DNA of 64,000 nucleotides from Octopus sinensis (Eukaryota): NCBI RefSeq assembly GCF_006345805.1, contig NC_042997.1, positions 106,330,001 to 106,394,000 of the forward strand, read 5' to 3'. Shown piece by piece: positions 12,756 to 24,808 of this stretch (position 1 is its first letter; each line of letters starts with the position of its first letter). The notes under the pieces were generated by a model. It saw only the letters and a program-made list of their open reading frames with translations, ran no database searches and was not told where the DNA came from. The position numbers and the translations under genes were made by a program.

Positions 12756-14111
12756 TACTGTCATTCTAGTCAATCCTTTATCATCTCATTCTGCATATAG
12801 TGACTGGTATCTTTAATGCTCACATACTCTCTCAGCTCTTTTTTTTTTCTGTTCTGGTTTTCAACTAAGTTATGGCTGCAAGTCTAACAAAATATATTCG
12901 ACTCATTTCTCTCCAAACCCTTCCGGATTTTCTGCTTCCACTGTCACATCATCATCGTTTTGTTGTCAGCATTCTATTTCAATTCTTGGCTAAAACTATT
13001 AGAATTCATTCACGTTGTTGTTGTTAAGTTTGAGGCCAGACCTGAGTGAGCATACATGTAATTCATGACACTCCAGCCTTGACTGCTCTGTCTTTATAGA
13101 GGTGTACAGACCTACATTTTAATTTAGTGCCCAGGTAATTTGGTTGCTATTTCTAGTATGTGTAAAAGCCATGTAGAAGCTCCCAGTTTATGTATGTCTT
13201 CCTGGAGGTCTTTAATACTGTTAAATTGACTCTACTTGTACCCAACCTGTTAATGTCTATACAGAAGTAACTCCGATTCCAATTGCATCTGTTAGAAATC
13301 CAATGATGAATATCGTTTTATCTATATGCAATAGAGAATATAATTCAAGGTGCTGAATCAATGTAATTTTTGAGCCTTTCTGTTCTAATGAGATACTAAT
13401 GGCAACATAGTTTCCTTGGTTTCATCTGCTGCCATTATTTTTTCTTTTTGCCCCCTTTCTTTTTTCTCTCTTTTTTTTTTGGTGGGGGGTGGTCCTTGAA
13501 ATTTATTTTGGAAGAACAGTCATTCTTAAAAAAAAAAAAAACTTGAATGTTAAGCCAAAGTTTTACAGCATGTATAACTAGTCTGGAAAATATTTTAATT
13601 TGATCAATTTTTACTTTCAAATTCAAAAGTGAGATAGAATGTGCATTTGTCTGCAAGATGTGCATTTGTGTGCAAGCATGTGCATGTATGCGTGTTTGTA
13701 TCCATTTGCATTAAAGCATCTCATTGCACACCTTTTTTTATGAATGGGTTTAAATCTTGCCAAACTCAACTTTGCTTCTCATATTTTGGTGGTTGTGAGG
13801 TCATTGAATGAAAAACCAGTAAGTGACCACAAAAATCAATTCAATTGGTAGTAACCCTTCCCTATAAATATTGCTTTTGTATCTAATATGTTTAATAGTC
13901 ACTGCATTAAGATAGTAAAAAGAGGGTTGAGTATTTTTGTGTGTTTTGGAGTTTCTTTATTTTTTTTTTGTTTTGTTTTAGCCAGTCCACTAAATCATTG
14001 TTATTCATCAATGATCAGTTACATTCTATGATTGATTTCTATACTTAAAAAAAAAAAGCTATAATTTCATTTGCTTTTTATTTATTTTTTCTCTATTTTT
14101 GTATCTAATAG

Positions 14112-14149
14112 TTTTAATGGGGGGAGGAATTGTTCGAGCTGGTGTAAAA
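14112..14149 (+). CDS. Candidate alternative exon of SOWAH: (L)LMGGGIVRAGVK
   Basis: About 45-nt pyrimidine tract + TAG, GTAAGT donor at 14150. Open in phase 1 (matching the 10872 donor), phase 0 out. Purine/G-rich island in T-rich DNA. Confidence 0.55.
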
Positions 14150-14744
14150 GTAAGTCTAGATTTCCTTATCATAAATAACTAGTTTTAAAACATTTATCTT
14201 AACTTACTCTTTCTACATCTATGTATCTCACGATCTTTCTCTCATTCATTCTATAACTACCTTCCATTCTATATTGGCCCATTTCCCTCTACAGTATATG
14301 TATGCACGTAGATTATATAACTTTTAAGAAATAAAAGTACCCTATAACAATATTTCTCATTTTGAACATGAAAATTTGACTTCATTTGTATATTATTTTC
14401 CACACCTGTAATATTGTAATAACTTACCTACCTGAGCTGTATACTTAACCTCTTTCATTTCTTTCTTGAACATGAAAATTTTTTCATTTCTTCATTTGAC
14501 ATTTGTTCTGACCCAAAGTTATCTAACTGTACAGCAAGTTTTTCAATTTAATTTTGTTCCTTTGAACATCCTCATTGATTTTCTTCAACAACTACATTCT
14601 ACTAAAATGTCTTGACTTGGAAGAGTTGTAATATCAAGATTGTTTGCTCACACCACAAGGGAGGTCACTGTGTTATGTACTCTAAAGTGGTTTATATATT
14701 CAAATCACATTTTACATTTAGAACTGGGAATCAAGTTACGTTGT

Positions 14745-15125
14745 GTGTGTATTTTATCCTGTTTCAATCGTTGGACTGGAACCATGCTGGGGCACCACCT
14801 TGAAGGACTTTCGTCAAACAAATCAAACCCAGTATTACGTTTGTTTGTTTGTTTGTTTGTTTTTTAACTCAAAGATTCGTTCTGTTGGTCTCTTGCCAAA
14901 CTGCTATGTTATGGGGATGTTAAGAAACCAATATCAGGTCAAGTGTGAAACAAACATAGTCAATCACATGCACATACAACAGACTTCTATTCAGTTTCTG
15001 TTTATCAAATTCACTCACAAGGTTTTAGTTAGCTGGTGACTTTAGGAGCAGACACTTTCTCAAGGTGCTGTGCTGTGGCACTGGGCTTAAAGCCATGTGA
15101 TTGCAAGCAAGCTTCTTAACAATAC
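14745..15125 (-). mobile_element. SINE S1 + S2 fragments
   Basis: Similar to 5490-5830 and 29050-29433. Confidence 0.7.
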
Positions 15126-15142
15126 ATGTATGCCTATATATG

Positions 15143-15199
<57 letters not shown>

Positions 15200-15200
<1 letters not shown>

Positions 15201-15365
15201 TCTTTCTCTGCTTATTTTCTCGTGTTCTTTTCTGTTGAAGGGCATAGGCTCAAAACGTAAAAGACTTTCTCACCTTCCCAAGCGTTAAACTAATACACCT
15301 ATTGGTTGTTTACACACCTGTTTTCGTTTTTTGTTTTGCTTTTTTTTTTGTAAATTCCAACTATA
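15200..15365 (+). mobile_element. Penelope-like terminal-repeat remnant with a decayed hammerhead-like core at 15232-15260
   Basis: Reverse complement of 62650-62800; flanked by (TA)n. Confidence 0.65.
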
Positions 15366-17162
15366 TATATATGATGGACTCTCCTGTCGAAGACAATGTA
15401 TGAGTGTTCAGCTTTTGCAGAACAACCTGCACAAATGCTTTATTTATAGTGAGCAAATGTTTGTGTTGCACATTAGCTAATTTTCTCCATCAAATTGATG
15501 TCTGAACAGGGACACAATGTGCCATAATTCAAGTGTTGAAGTGAAATACAGAGCAATGTGAGATGAAGTAGTTTTCTCAAGAACACAATGCACTTCCCAG
15601 TCTTGAAACTGAAACCATGATGTCGCAATCATGAGTGCTACACCTTCAACCTATATATATATATATATATATATACAGATAGATAGATATAGATATTGAA
15701 TGTTTTCAGTAGAGTATTTGTTGGATAATGTATTACATTTTATGAAAATATTATTTAACAAATATTCTACTGAAAACATTCTTTAAAAAACTACACACGC
15801 ATGCACACACATCCAAAAAAACAACATTGTCTACTTCTCACTTTGTACAATGTTAATAACAATACTGTTTATCATTACAACCCATTAGAAATATAGGCTG
15901 TGGTTTCATTTTACAAAACAGTTTAGTAGAATTAACACAATGACCTCCTTTGTTGAGTAAATGTATGACCACTTATTATTTGATGTGCATATAATAGACC
16001 AAAATATCCTCTCTGTATTTTCCAATCCTTATCAATTTCTTTAGTAATAAGTATCTCACCATGATTTATACAGATAGCAAAACATACTGCATGATTTTTG
16101 TACATAAAAATTTATGCAATTCCTGTTGTGGTGCTTGTAACTGAAAAAAATTTCTAATCCATGAATAAACGAAGAATAATGTGGAAATTATACTAGCTTT
16201 AATGGTGATCATGATAGGTTATGTTTTTCCTTAATGTTATCAGTTAAAAAAAATTATAAATACAGTGATGATGGTAATGATGTTGGGCTCATTGTTAAGA
16301 ACAATAACTTCTGACTTGTATTGATATTTGACAATTTCCTACTACATTCTACCCAGATATTAGAAGTATGAGCTATAACATGTACAGCCAAAATAGGTAA
16401 CCAAATATTTGTAATGTATTTGAAGTTATGATCTGTAAGGTGGAAGATTAACATTCTATCAGCTGAACCATTTCACTACAAAGCAATAATAGACAGAGAT
16501 TTATTTTTGCTTTTAGCAACTCGGATGAGAGACTGGGTCCTTGTCATTTCATATACTGTTACACTCCATTCGAGTGATTTTAAACACTTGTTTGGTGAAG
16601 GCTATTGAGGTCACAAAAAATGAAGAAATAGATGATGTTGCTTCTAATTTGGTTGCTTTATACATCAATTTGTGCAGAACTATTGATTTTGATTTCTGTA
16701 GTGTGTAGATGTAAGATCAAATAGTTGTGTTTAATTCTTTGTCAACTCTTTAGAATTAAGGTCCAAGTCTTCCAGAGTATGATTTCATCACAAAATCATG
16801 GATAAGAAATAACATGTCAATTCCTCCAAGAAACATTTGATGATTAGTATTTGTCTTTTAAGACTTCATGGCATGAAACAGAGGAGCAAGAAATTTCTTC
16901 CTAAATTAAGTGCCAGTCTTACTAGATTATTTGCTTGGTAGCAAGTTAATTCGAGACAAAGTAAAATTAAGTATGCTAACTAGATACACAACTAAATACC
17001 AGCAGTGGATTTGAGTAAAAAACTTATGAACTGGTCAATCAATGCCATGTCCACTCAGTTGCTTTATTGCTCATAAGTAAATGAACTAACTATGAGGGAG
17101 TTATTGAGTCTGCTCTACTCTTTATGTAACCATTCAACTTTTATTATTAATTTTGTTTTGTT

Positions 17163-17590
17163 TTAAGGCAACAAGCTGGCAGAATCATTGCATGCCAGGC
17201 AAAATGCTTGGTAGCATTTTGTCCATCATTACATTCTGAGTTCAAATTCTGCTGAAGTCAACTTTGCCTTTCACCTTTTTGGGATCAATAAATTAAGTAC
17301 CAGTTGAATATTCGGGTCGATATGATTGACTTACCCCTTCCCCAAACATGCTGACCTTGTGCCAAAATTTGAAATCATTATTAATTTCATTTTGTTTTAA
17401 GGCAACAAGCTGACAAAATCAATAACATGCTTAGTTCATCTGTCTGTAAGTTCTGTGTTCAAATTCTACTGAGATCGACTCCATCTTTTATTCTTTTATC
17501 ATTGACAAAATAGATACCAGTGAAACACTGAGGTCAAAGTAACTGACTATACCCCTCCCTTAAAATTTCAGACCTTATGCCTATAGTACT
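17163..17590 (+). mobile_element. Two tandem family N SINE copies
   Basis: AAGGCAACAAGCTG heads at about 17165 and 17399; shared core. Confidence 0.75.
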
Positions 17591-18190
17591 TTTTTTAAAA
17601 TTAATTTTTGGTTTTTTTTTTCTCCTTGTCACATAGGCTTTATGTTTTAGAAGTAGTAATTGTATTCATTCATCTCCCTCACTCTCTTAAGGGCATAAAT
17701 ACCTTGTGTAGTTTTGCATCCTCAACAAAGAATTTAAAACCAATATGTTGGGTTTCAACTTGCTAGGAACTTACATCTCTCTATCTGGAACTTGCCTGGA
17801 ATAATGCTGCAAAACTTTTTATATATATATATATATATATATTTTCTTTATTATTTTATAGGGCTGAGATGGGAATTTGGGGTGAATAATGTCGAGATCT
17901 ATATATTTTTATGTGATAGATTTAGGAATATAACTGAGGGTAATACCTCAAAACCAAAGCAAATCATTGTTTAATGCCTCGCCGCCAATACCGCCAGCGA
18001 CATTGGCGAGGTAACAGTTTGAACAATTTAGCATGAAAAAGAAAACAAGAAATTTATGCAATTCCCATTCAGTTTTCATTACACTAACTTACATAATTCA
18101 GAACACTCCAGCTGTAAACCACTAAATGCCTCCCTGTCAACCACAATGTAACCACTTCATACAGTAAAAGGCAAGCATTTTGTTCAGTAG

Positions 18191-18231
<41 letters not shown>

Positions 18232-18357
18232 CCAATGAAAAGAAAACAAACAAACACACACAGACATAATATATGTGTTTGTGTGTATGTGTGTATACAC
18301 ATACAAATGTATATATGTGTGTATATATACATATGTATATACATATATGTTTATATA

Positions 18358-18409
<52 letters not shown>

Positions 18410-19228
18410 TATGTGTGTATGTACATATATATATATATATATGTATATACATATGTGTGTGTATATATGTATATGTGCATATATATATGTATGTATATAC
18501 ATGTTTATATATGTATGTACATACACACATATATAAAGAGAGAGAGATATACAAACGTGTATACATATATCTATATACATATATTTGTATGTGTGTGTGT
18601 TTGTATCTATACATTTTGTGTGTTGTGCATCTACATCTTTTATATAAGGATATATTGCATATGCAAAGTAAAACAGTTTCTTCATATACATAAGTGCATG
18701 TGCATGCACACACACACACATATACAAATGCATTATACACATACACACAATTTCTCTCTCTCTCTCTCTCCTCGTTTTTTTTTTTAATCTTCTCCCACTA
18801 TGGTGTGTATGTAGTGTAAAAACATCAGAAAGGTGTCTGTTCAAAGATTAGGAGTTAACTGGGAGGAATAAAAATGAGTGTGTGTGTGTGTGTGTTTATA
18901 TATATATATATATATATAAACAAGTATATAACCACTCTCTTCCCAACACCAACACCACCTAAGTGTTTGAACAATTCTAAAATCAAATAGTTAATGTAGC
19001 ACCATAAAATTGCCACAAATTTTTTTTTCCACTTGAGGGTAGAAAACAAAAAAAACAATAAAACAAATCTATGCAGTTTTTTTTTCCTTTCCTTAATTTT
19101 TTTTTTATATTTTACTCATATATATATATATGTGTGTGTGTGTATGTGTGTGTATTTGTTTCATCTCTGATTATGTTGGCAATGTTTTATTATATAGCCT
19201 CTGTAAGTTGTTTTTTTTTTTCTGAAAG

Positions 19229-19254
19229 TTGCGCAGCATGTTGAAAATATATAG
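19229..19254 (+). CDS. Candidate micro-exon: LRSMLKIY(S) in phase 0, or terminal LAQHVENI* in phase 1
   Basis: Poly-T tract + AAG acceptor; AG|GTTATG possible donor at 19255; contains a CpG. Two self-consistent readings. Confidence 0.35.
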
Positions 19255-19569
19255 GTTATGTCTTTCCTTAATGTAGTCAGTTAAAAAAGAATAAATACAT
19301 ATATATTTTTTTAAATATGTAAAAAAAAACAAATACAAAAAACTGAAAGTGAAAGGAAAATTTTTTTTTATTATATTTATTTGTTTACTTTTTATTAAAA
19401 ATGCAGTATTATCCAGCTTGTATTTTGACTAAATTCTATTTCTACACACAATTTTCCTGACATCGACCTTTGATGTCTTTCATTTGTTTATATATTCATT
19501 TTTTTTTTTTTTATTTTTATTATATTATTATCATTATTATTGTTGTTGATTTTATTACTGTTATTACAG

Positions 19570-19651
19570 TATCCACTCTCAAACACAAACATCCCTCCCC
19601 ACCAACACTGCACCAAACACCTCCACACAAATCACCACCCTCACTACATAA
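19570..19651 (+). CDS. Candidate alternative terminal exon: (S)IHSQTQTSLPTNTAPNTSTQITTLTT*
   Basis: About 150 nt without any AG (19417-19567) before a CAG acceptor. In phase 2: TAA at 19649-19651, AATAAA at 19683-19688, T-rich tract at about 19710-19727. Confidence 0.35.
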
Positions 19652-19732
19652 CACACAGGCACTCACTCTTTATGTTTCTAGCAATAAAAACCTTCAGATA
19701 ATTTTCTAGCTCTTTGTTATTTTCCTCATGCC

Positions 19733-19796
<64 letters not shown>

Positions 19797-20725
19797 CACA
19801 CATAAATACGCTCAAATAGCTTTTATATCACACTGAAATATATTTCTGTTAGAAAATTATTCTGTATTTCATATAGTATTACATAGTTTTGACAATAATA
19901 ATAGTAATAATAATAATAATAATAATCCCTAACTGAATCGCTTTTCATTTCTGGCACTATAGAATTAATGATATCCAATGCGTTCTTTTTTTTTTCCCCC
20001 CTCTTCCATTTTCCTCTCTAACTATTCTATCCTGACATTAAATCCTTATATATATTTATGTGTGTGTGTGTGTGTGTGTATAGAGACGTATATACATACA
20101 TATGTATGTATATATATAATTCACGCCTGAAATCTTACTATTAATACAATGCACATTAATGTCAAACAGAACTAAAAAGTCATAATACAAACAAACTTGC
20201 TGTATTCTCTCTATCATTCTTTTGTATTTCTATGAAGCAATTTTTTGTCTCCCCTAAATGCATGAGATTTCTTTCCCTTTGTTTTCTCTACGTTTCTACT
20301 AAAAACACAAAACTCAAAAAAAATTTTTTTTTTTTCCCTGATATTTAAAATGTTTATAAAGATGTATTTATGAAATTTAATACAACCTGTTAGCTTTTTT
20401 ATTTCTTCTTCAATAGTGGAATGCCTTTGTGTTGTAGAATGAATTATTTCTGTAGATTTAGGTGTGTACAAATCAAAGCATAGTTTAAACTCTGTGAAGA
20501 GAATAATCATTCATTTTATTTTTAATGTCATTTTTTTTTTTTACGTTTTTGCAACTATGCCTTGAATATTACAGATGTTAACAACCCACGCTTCTACCAC
20601 AAGCTTCATTACACCTTTTTCTTTTCTTTTTTTCCACTTGTAAAGTATTTTGTGCAGGTCTCTTTTCATATATCAACTTTTTCCCCCAAATCTACCTCAC
20701 TTCCAATAACTGAAAATAGAATAAT

Positions 20726-20773
<48 letters not shown>

Positions 20774-22264
20774 CATATATAGTAGCCATTAAACATGCAC
20801 ACATCTGTGCATGTGTGTGCAAATGCACGGAAAAATCTTAAAAGAAAATGTTATTGTAAAGAACATAGCACAAGAGAACTAAATTCAAAGACCTTGTCTA
20901 AGGCAATTTCAACACAGCTAATAATAATAATAATAGTAATAATTTTATTTGCCACATGAGCAATAGATGAGGAGACATTACATATGCAAATTTCAAAATG
21001 ATGTGTTTTATAAAGAAGTGATGATGGAAAAAACATGTGGAAAACAAAAGTATAAAAATTGAATGTAATAATCCAATAGAGAGACAGTCATTTAGAGTAG
21101 CTAAAGAACTCTATAGATACAATGTTACCATGACTGCTGATCAGAGCCTTCTCTCTGAATCCTAGCCTGTAGGTTCATGCTGAAAGTAAGTCTAATATTG
21201 AGGGTTATTCTCACTACTTTCATCCACTTTTCAGTAAATCAACTTGAGGGCATCTCCTCCCTTTCTGCCTAACTTTCCTTTCAAAATGGATCTTGAACAA
21301 ATTGATAAGCTTGGTCACAGATATTAGCATCTATCCTCAGTCCTTTTAATCATGTGCCTCATACAATCTCTGTTACCATGGTTACCAGAGACAGAAAAAC
21401 TCTCCTCCTTTCCTGGTTAAAGAAAGACTATTGGGCAATTCTTACAATGGACATGGTTAATATCGAGATTTTTTCTACATACAACAGCAGCTGTTTGTCA
21501 TGACTCAACCAGTCAACAATGTATAGATAGTGAATGAGTACATGCACAATTGTTTTGGTTACCTTGCAGGATTCTTAGAGAAGTCTAACTGTTAGAGCTA
21601 TCATGTTTGTAGAATTTATCTTGAAGTAGCAGTGCTCTTAATAGCTCTACCATTCCAAGGTTTTATTGAGTTTGTACATAGTCCCCAAACTGACAGTCTT
21701 CCAGGGTATTCACTTGATCTTCCACAATACCCAAAGTGTGCCCAAATCACTCTCAAGCACCACTAATCTTCTATAGAATGCGAGGGTTGATCACTGGTTA
21801 CATTAACTGACTGGTTGAGAACTCTGAATGTTCTACAGCATTCCAGATATCAGGCTTCCAATCTTGGTCTTCACTTGATGTCATCAAAGGAAAATTTGCT
21901 TCGAGGCAGTTGACCCTTTTGTTAAGTGGAACATGTCTCTTCCACAAGAATAGACAATCTCACCTGGTCAAATAAAAGGTAGAGCAAGAAATGATGGCCA
22001 GACATATAAACAAATAACAGTGATGAATGCTATTCTAAAACCAGGACATACATGATCACATGCAAATTAATAAAGAGGCACCAGCCTCATAGCTGTAGGC
22101 ATAATTTACATTTCAAGCCTACATAGCTATAAGAAAAGAAATATCTTCGGTCCCCCAGCATACCAAAGAAATTGTCCTATACCTGTATGTAGATCTTCCT
22201 CATATGGTCATCATGTCCAGTACCATCATCATCATCTTCAGTTATATATATCTCAGTTCAGCGT

Positions 22265-22492
22265 CAGGCACACTGGGCAAAATGCTTAGCGGTATTTCAT
22301 CTGCACTACATTCTGAGTTCACATTCCGCTGAGATTGATTTTGCCCTTCATCCTTTCAGGGGTCGCTAAATTAAGTACCGGTGAAACACTGGGGTTACTG
22401 TAATTGACTAGTCCACTCCCGACAAATTTCAGGCCTTGTGCCTTTAGTAGAAATGATCATTATCATCATCATCACCACCACCACCATTATTA

Positions 22493-22528
<36 letters not shown>

Positions 22529-24020
22529 GGCCGCAAGCCGGAAGAATTGTTAGCATGCTTGGCAAATTTCTTTGTGGTATTTCTTTCACTTTTATTTTCT
22601 AAGTTCAAATTCTGCCAGTGAAGGTTGCCTTTCACTCTTTCAGGGTTGATAAAACAAGTACCTATTGAGTGAGCTCTGGGATCAATGTAAGCAACTAGCC
22701 CTTCCCCACAAAATTTCAGGCCTTATGTCTATGATAGAAAAGATTATTATTATTATTATTATTATAGCAGAATCATGAGTGTACTGGAGAAAATGCTTTT
22801 TGGCATTCCTTTCAATTTTACATTCTGAGTTCAAATTTAGCCGTGGTTAATTTTACCTTTTACCCTTTTCAAGGTTGTTATAAAACAATTACCTGTTGAG
22901 CATTGGAGTCAATGTCATTGACTAGCCCTTCCCCTCAAAATTTCAGGTCTTGTGCCTATAGCAGAAAAGCTATATGGTTGATAAAGTACAAGTACTGGGG
23001 TTGATTTTCTCGACTAGCTCCCACCCCCAAAATTTCAGATCTTATTCCTATAGTAGAAATGAATGTTATCATTATTATTGCTATTTTTAAGGCTGTGAGC
23101 TGGCAGAAATGTTAGCATGCCAGGCGAAATACTTAGTGGCATTTTGTTTAACCTTACATTCTGAGTTCAAATTCTGCCAAGGTCAACTTTGCCTTTCATT
23201 CTTTCAAGGTCGATGAAATAAGTACCGGTTACACACTGGAGTCAAAGTAATTGACTAGCCCCCTCACCCTCAATTTCTAATAGAAAAGATTATCTCATGT
23301 ACAAGCAAAAGATGAAACTGTTGGAAAAGAAAAATTCCTAACATCAAGCCACAAGTAACCTTAGGTGCCAAGAATGCTCCTAGCTGTCCCTTATAACATC
23401 GTTTTCTGGAGCTGCACTAAACTAAGTTTTATGCCTATTTCCTCTATCCATGTGTACAAATCTTTAGGTATAGTTACTAATGCACCTACATCTAAAAGGA
23501 TACATTTTACCTCCACTTTCTATAACCTCTGTAACTCAATAGTTAGCTCCTGGTACTTCGCTATTTTCTCTATACCTTTCATATTGACTTTCTTATCATT
23601 TGGGACTGTAAAATCATTATTATTATTTGGTGAGCTGGCAGAATCATTAGCACGCCAGGCGAAATGCTTAGCGGTATTTCGTCTGCCGCTATGTTCTGAG
23701 TTCAAATTCCGCCAAGGTCGACTTTGCCTTTCATCCTTTCAGGGTTGATTAAATAAGTACCAGTTACGCACTGGGGTTGATATAATCAACTTAATTCATT
23801 TATCTGTCCTTGTTTGTCCTTTCTGTGTTTAGCCCCTTGTGGGTAGTAAAGAAATAGGTATTTCACCTGCCACTACGTTCTGAGTTCAAATTCCACCAAG
23901 GACAACTTTACCGTTCACCCTTTCAAGGTCGATAAATTAAGTACCAGTGAAACACTGGGGTCAATGTAATAAACTAGTCCCTTCCTCCAAAATTTTCAGG
24001 CCTTGTGACTTGGGTAGAAA
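22265..24020 (+). mobile_element. Head-to-tail cluster of about 7 family N SINE copies, interrupted by an R4-like LINE fragment
   Basis: Cores at about 22340, 22630, 22855, 22980 (partial), 23190, 23720 and 23920, separated by (ATT)n/(ATC)n tails. Confidence 0.85.
23335..23612 (-). mobile_element. R4/Dong-type LINE, restriction-like endonuclease C-terminus with stops
   Basis: Translation DFTVPNDKKVNMKGIEKIAKYQELTIELQRL*KVEVKCILLDVGALVTIPK...LQKTML*GTARSIL matches the D-x-x-V-P...EK..KY...IGALG...LQK..L.GTA.I pattern. Confidence 0.8.
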
Positions 24021-24444
24021 TGATTATTATTATTATTATTATTATTATTATTGAGAGAACAGCACATGCAAGTGACACTGGGATGCAACTATACAAAGCC
24101 TGATACACCCATGCATCACAACCATATGTGAATAACATGGTGACATTGTATCAAGATAAATAATGCATGACCTTGCAGGTGGGGCCGAGTTAGAATTTTC
24201 TTCAGCTCAAGCAGCCCATCCTGCTCAAAAGGTTCCTGAATAAGGATTCTTTGAGTATGCTGAATGTAACACCCGTTTCCAGAGGTGAATTATTCAAACC
24301 CCAAAGAATTTCTCTCAACGTATGGCTGTGGTGCTCTTCCACTGCTCATGATCAGAGACGCACTTATCGGCCACTAAGGGACATGCCCAACTGGTTAAGG
24401 TGACTCAACTGACAAGCAAATCTGTGGCATTGAACAGAATGTTA

Positions 24445-24808
24445 TTATTACCTCCACCTTAAGGAAGGCAGGGGTATTGTTTTCAGTCGTGTTTGTTTGT
24501 TTGTCTGTGGACAAGATATCTCAAGAACCGCTGCATCAATTCAGATGAAATTTTCATGGCTGTTTGACCTCATGACTGGCACTAACTGATTAGATCTTGG
24601 GATCAATCTGGTACTAGACAAGGCTTCTGGATTACTTTTCCGGTTTCTTTACTCAATTTTTGAAAGCAATCGGGTTCATTTTTCATATTCTCATTTGTGA
24701 GAGCCATCAAGTTTATTTCAGATATTCTCACTTTCAAAATCAACTTTGGCTAATCATTGAGAGGACGTTGGTATTGATGGAGGTTTGCACTCTCTCAGTG
24801 CGCTTGTT
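24445..24808 (+). mobile_element. Helentron/HINE (DINE-1-like) non-autonomous element, near complete
   Basis: Subterminal inverted motif ACCTCC (24450) / GGAGGT (24779), GTTT microsatellite, 3' hairpin GCACT-CTCTC-AGTGC (24787-24801), T-rich flanks. Confidence 0.7.

Noticed and set aside
16226-16243. U12-type branch site (TTTTCCTTAAT...CAG) in both copies of the duplicated motif
   Set aside because: No convincing U12 donor (RTATCCTT) upstream in a usable position, and the downstream frames of the two copies are inconsistent.
16259-16322. C/D box snoRNA-like pattern (GTGATGA at 16265, CTGA at 16311, AATACA/TGTATT flanks)
   Set aside because: Only about 50 nt between the boxes, stem register not canonical for a K-turn, no recognisable rRNA guide. 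An Rfam/snoscan run would settle it.
20387-20491. Minus-strand exon-like segment EFKLCFDLYTPKSTEIIHSTTQRHSTIEEEIKKLT (and another at about 16091-16143) suggesting a nested antisense gene
   Set aside because: Plausible splice sites, but no recognisable domain and no chain of compatible minus-strand exons could be built.
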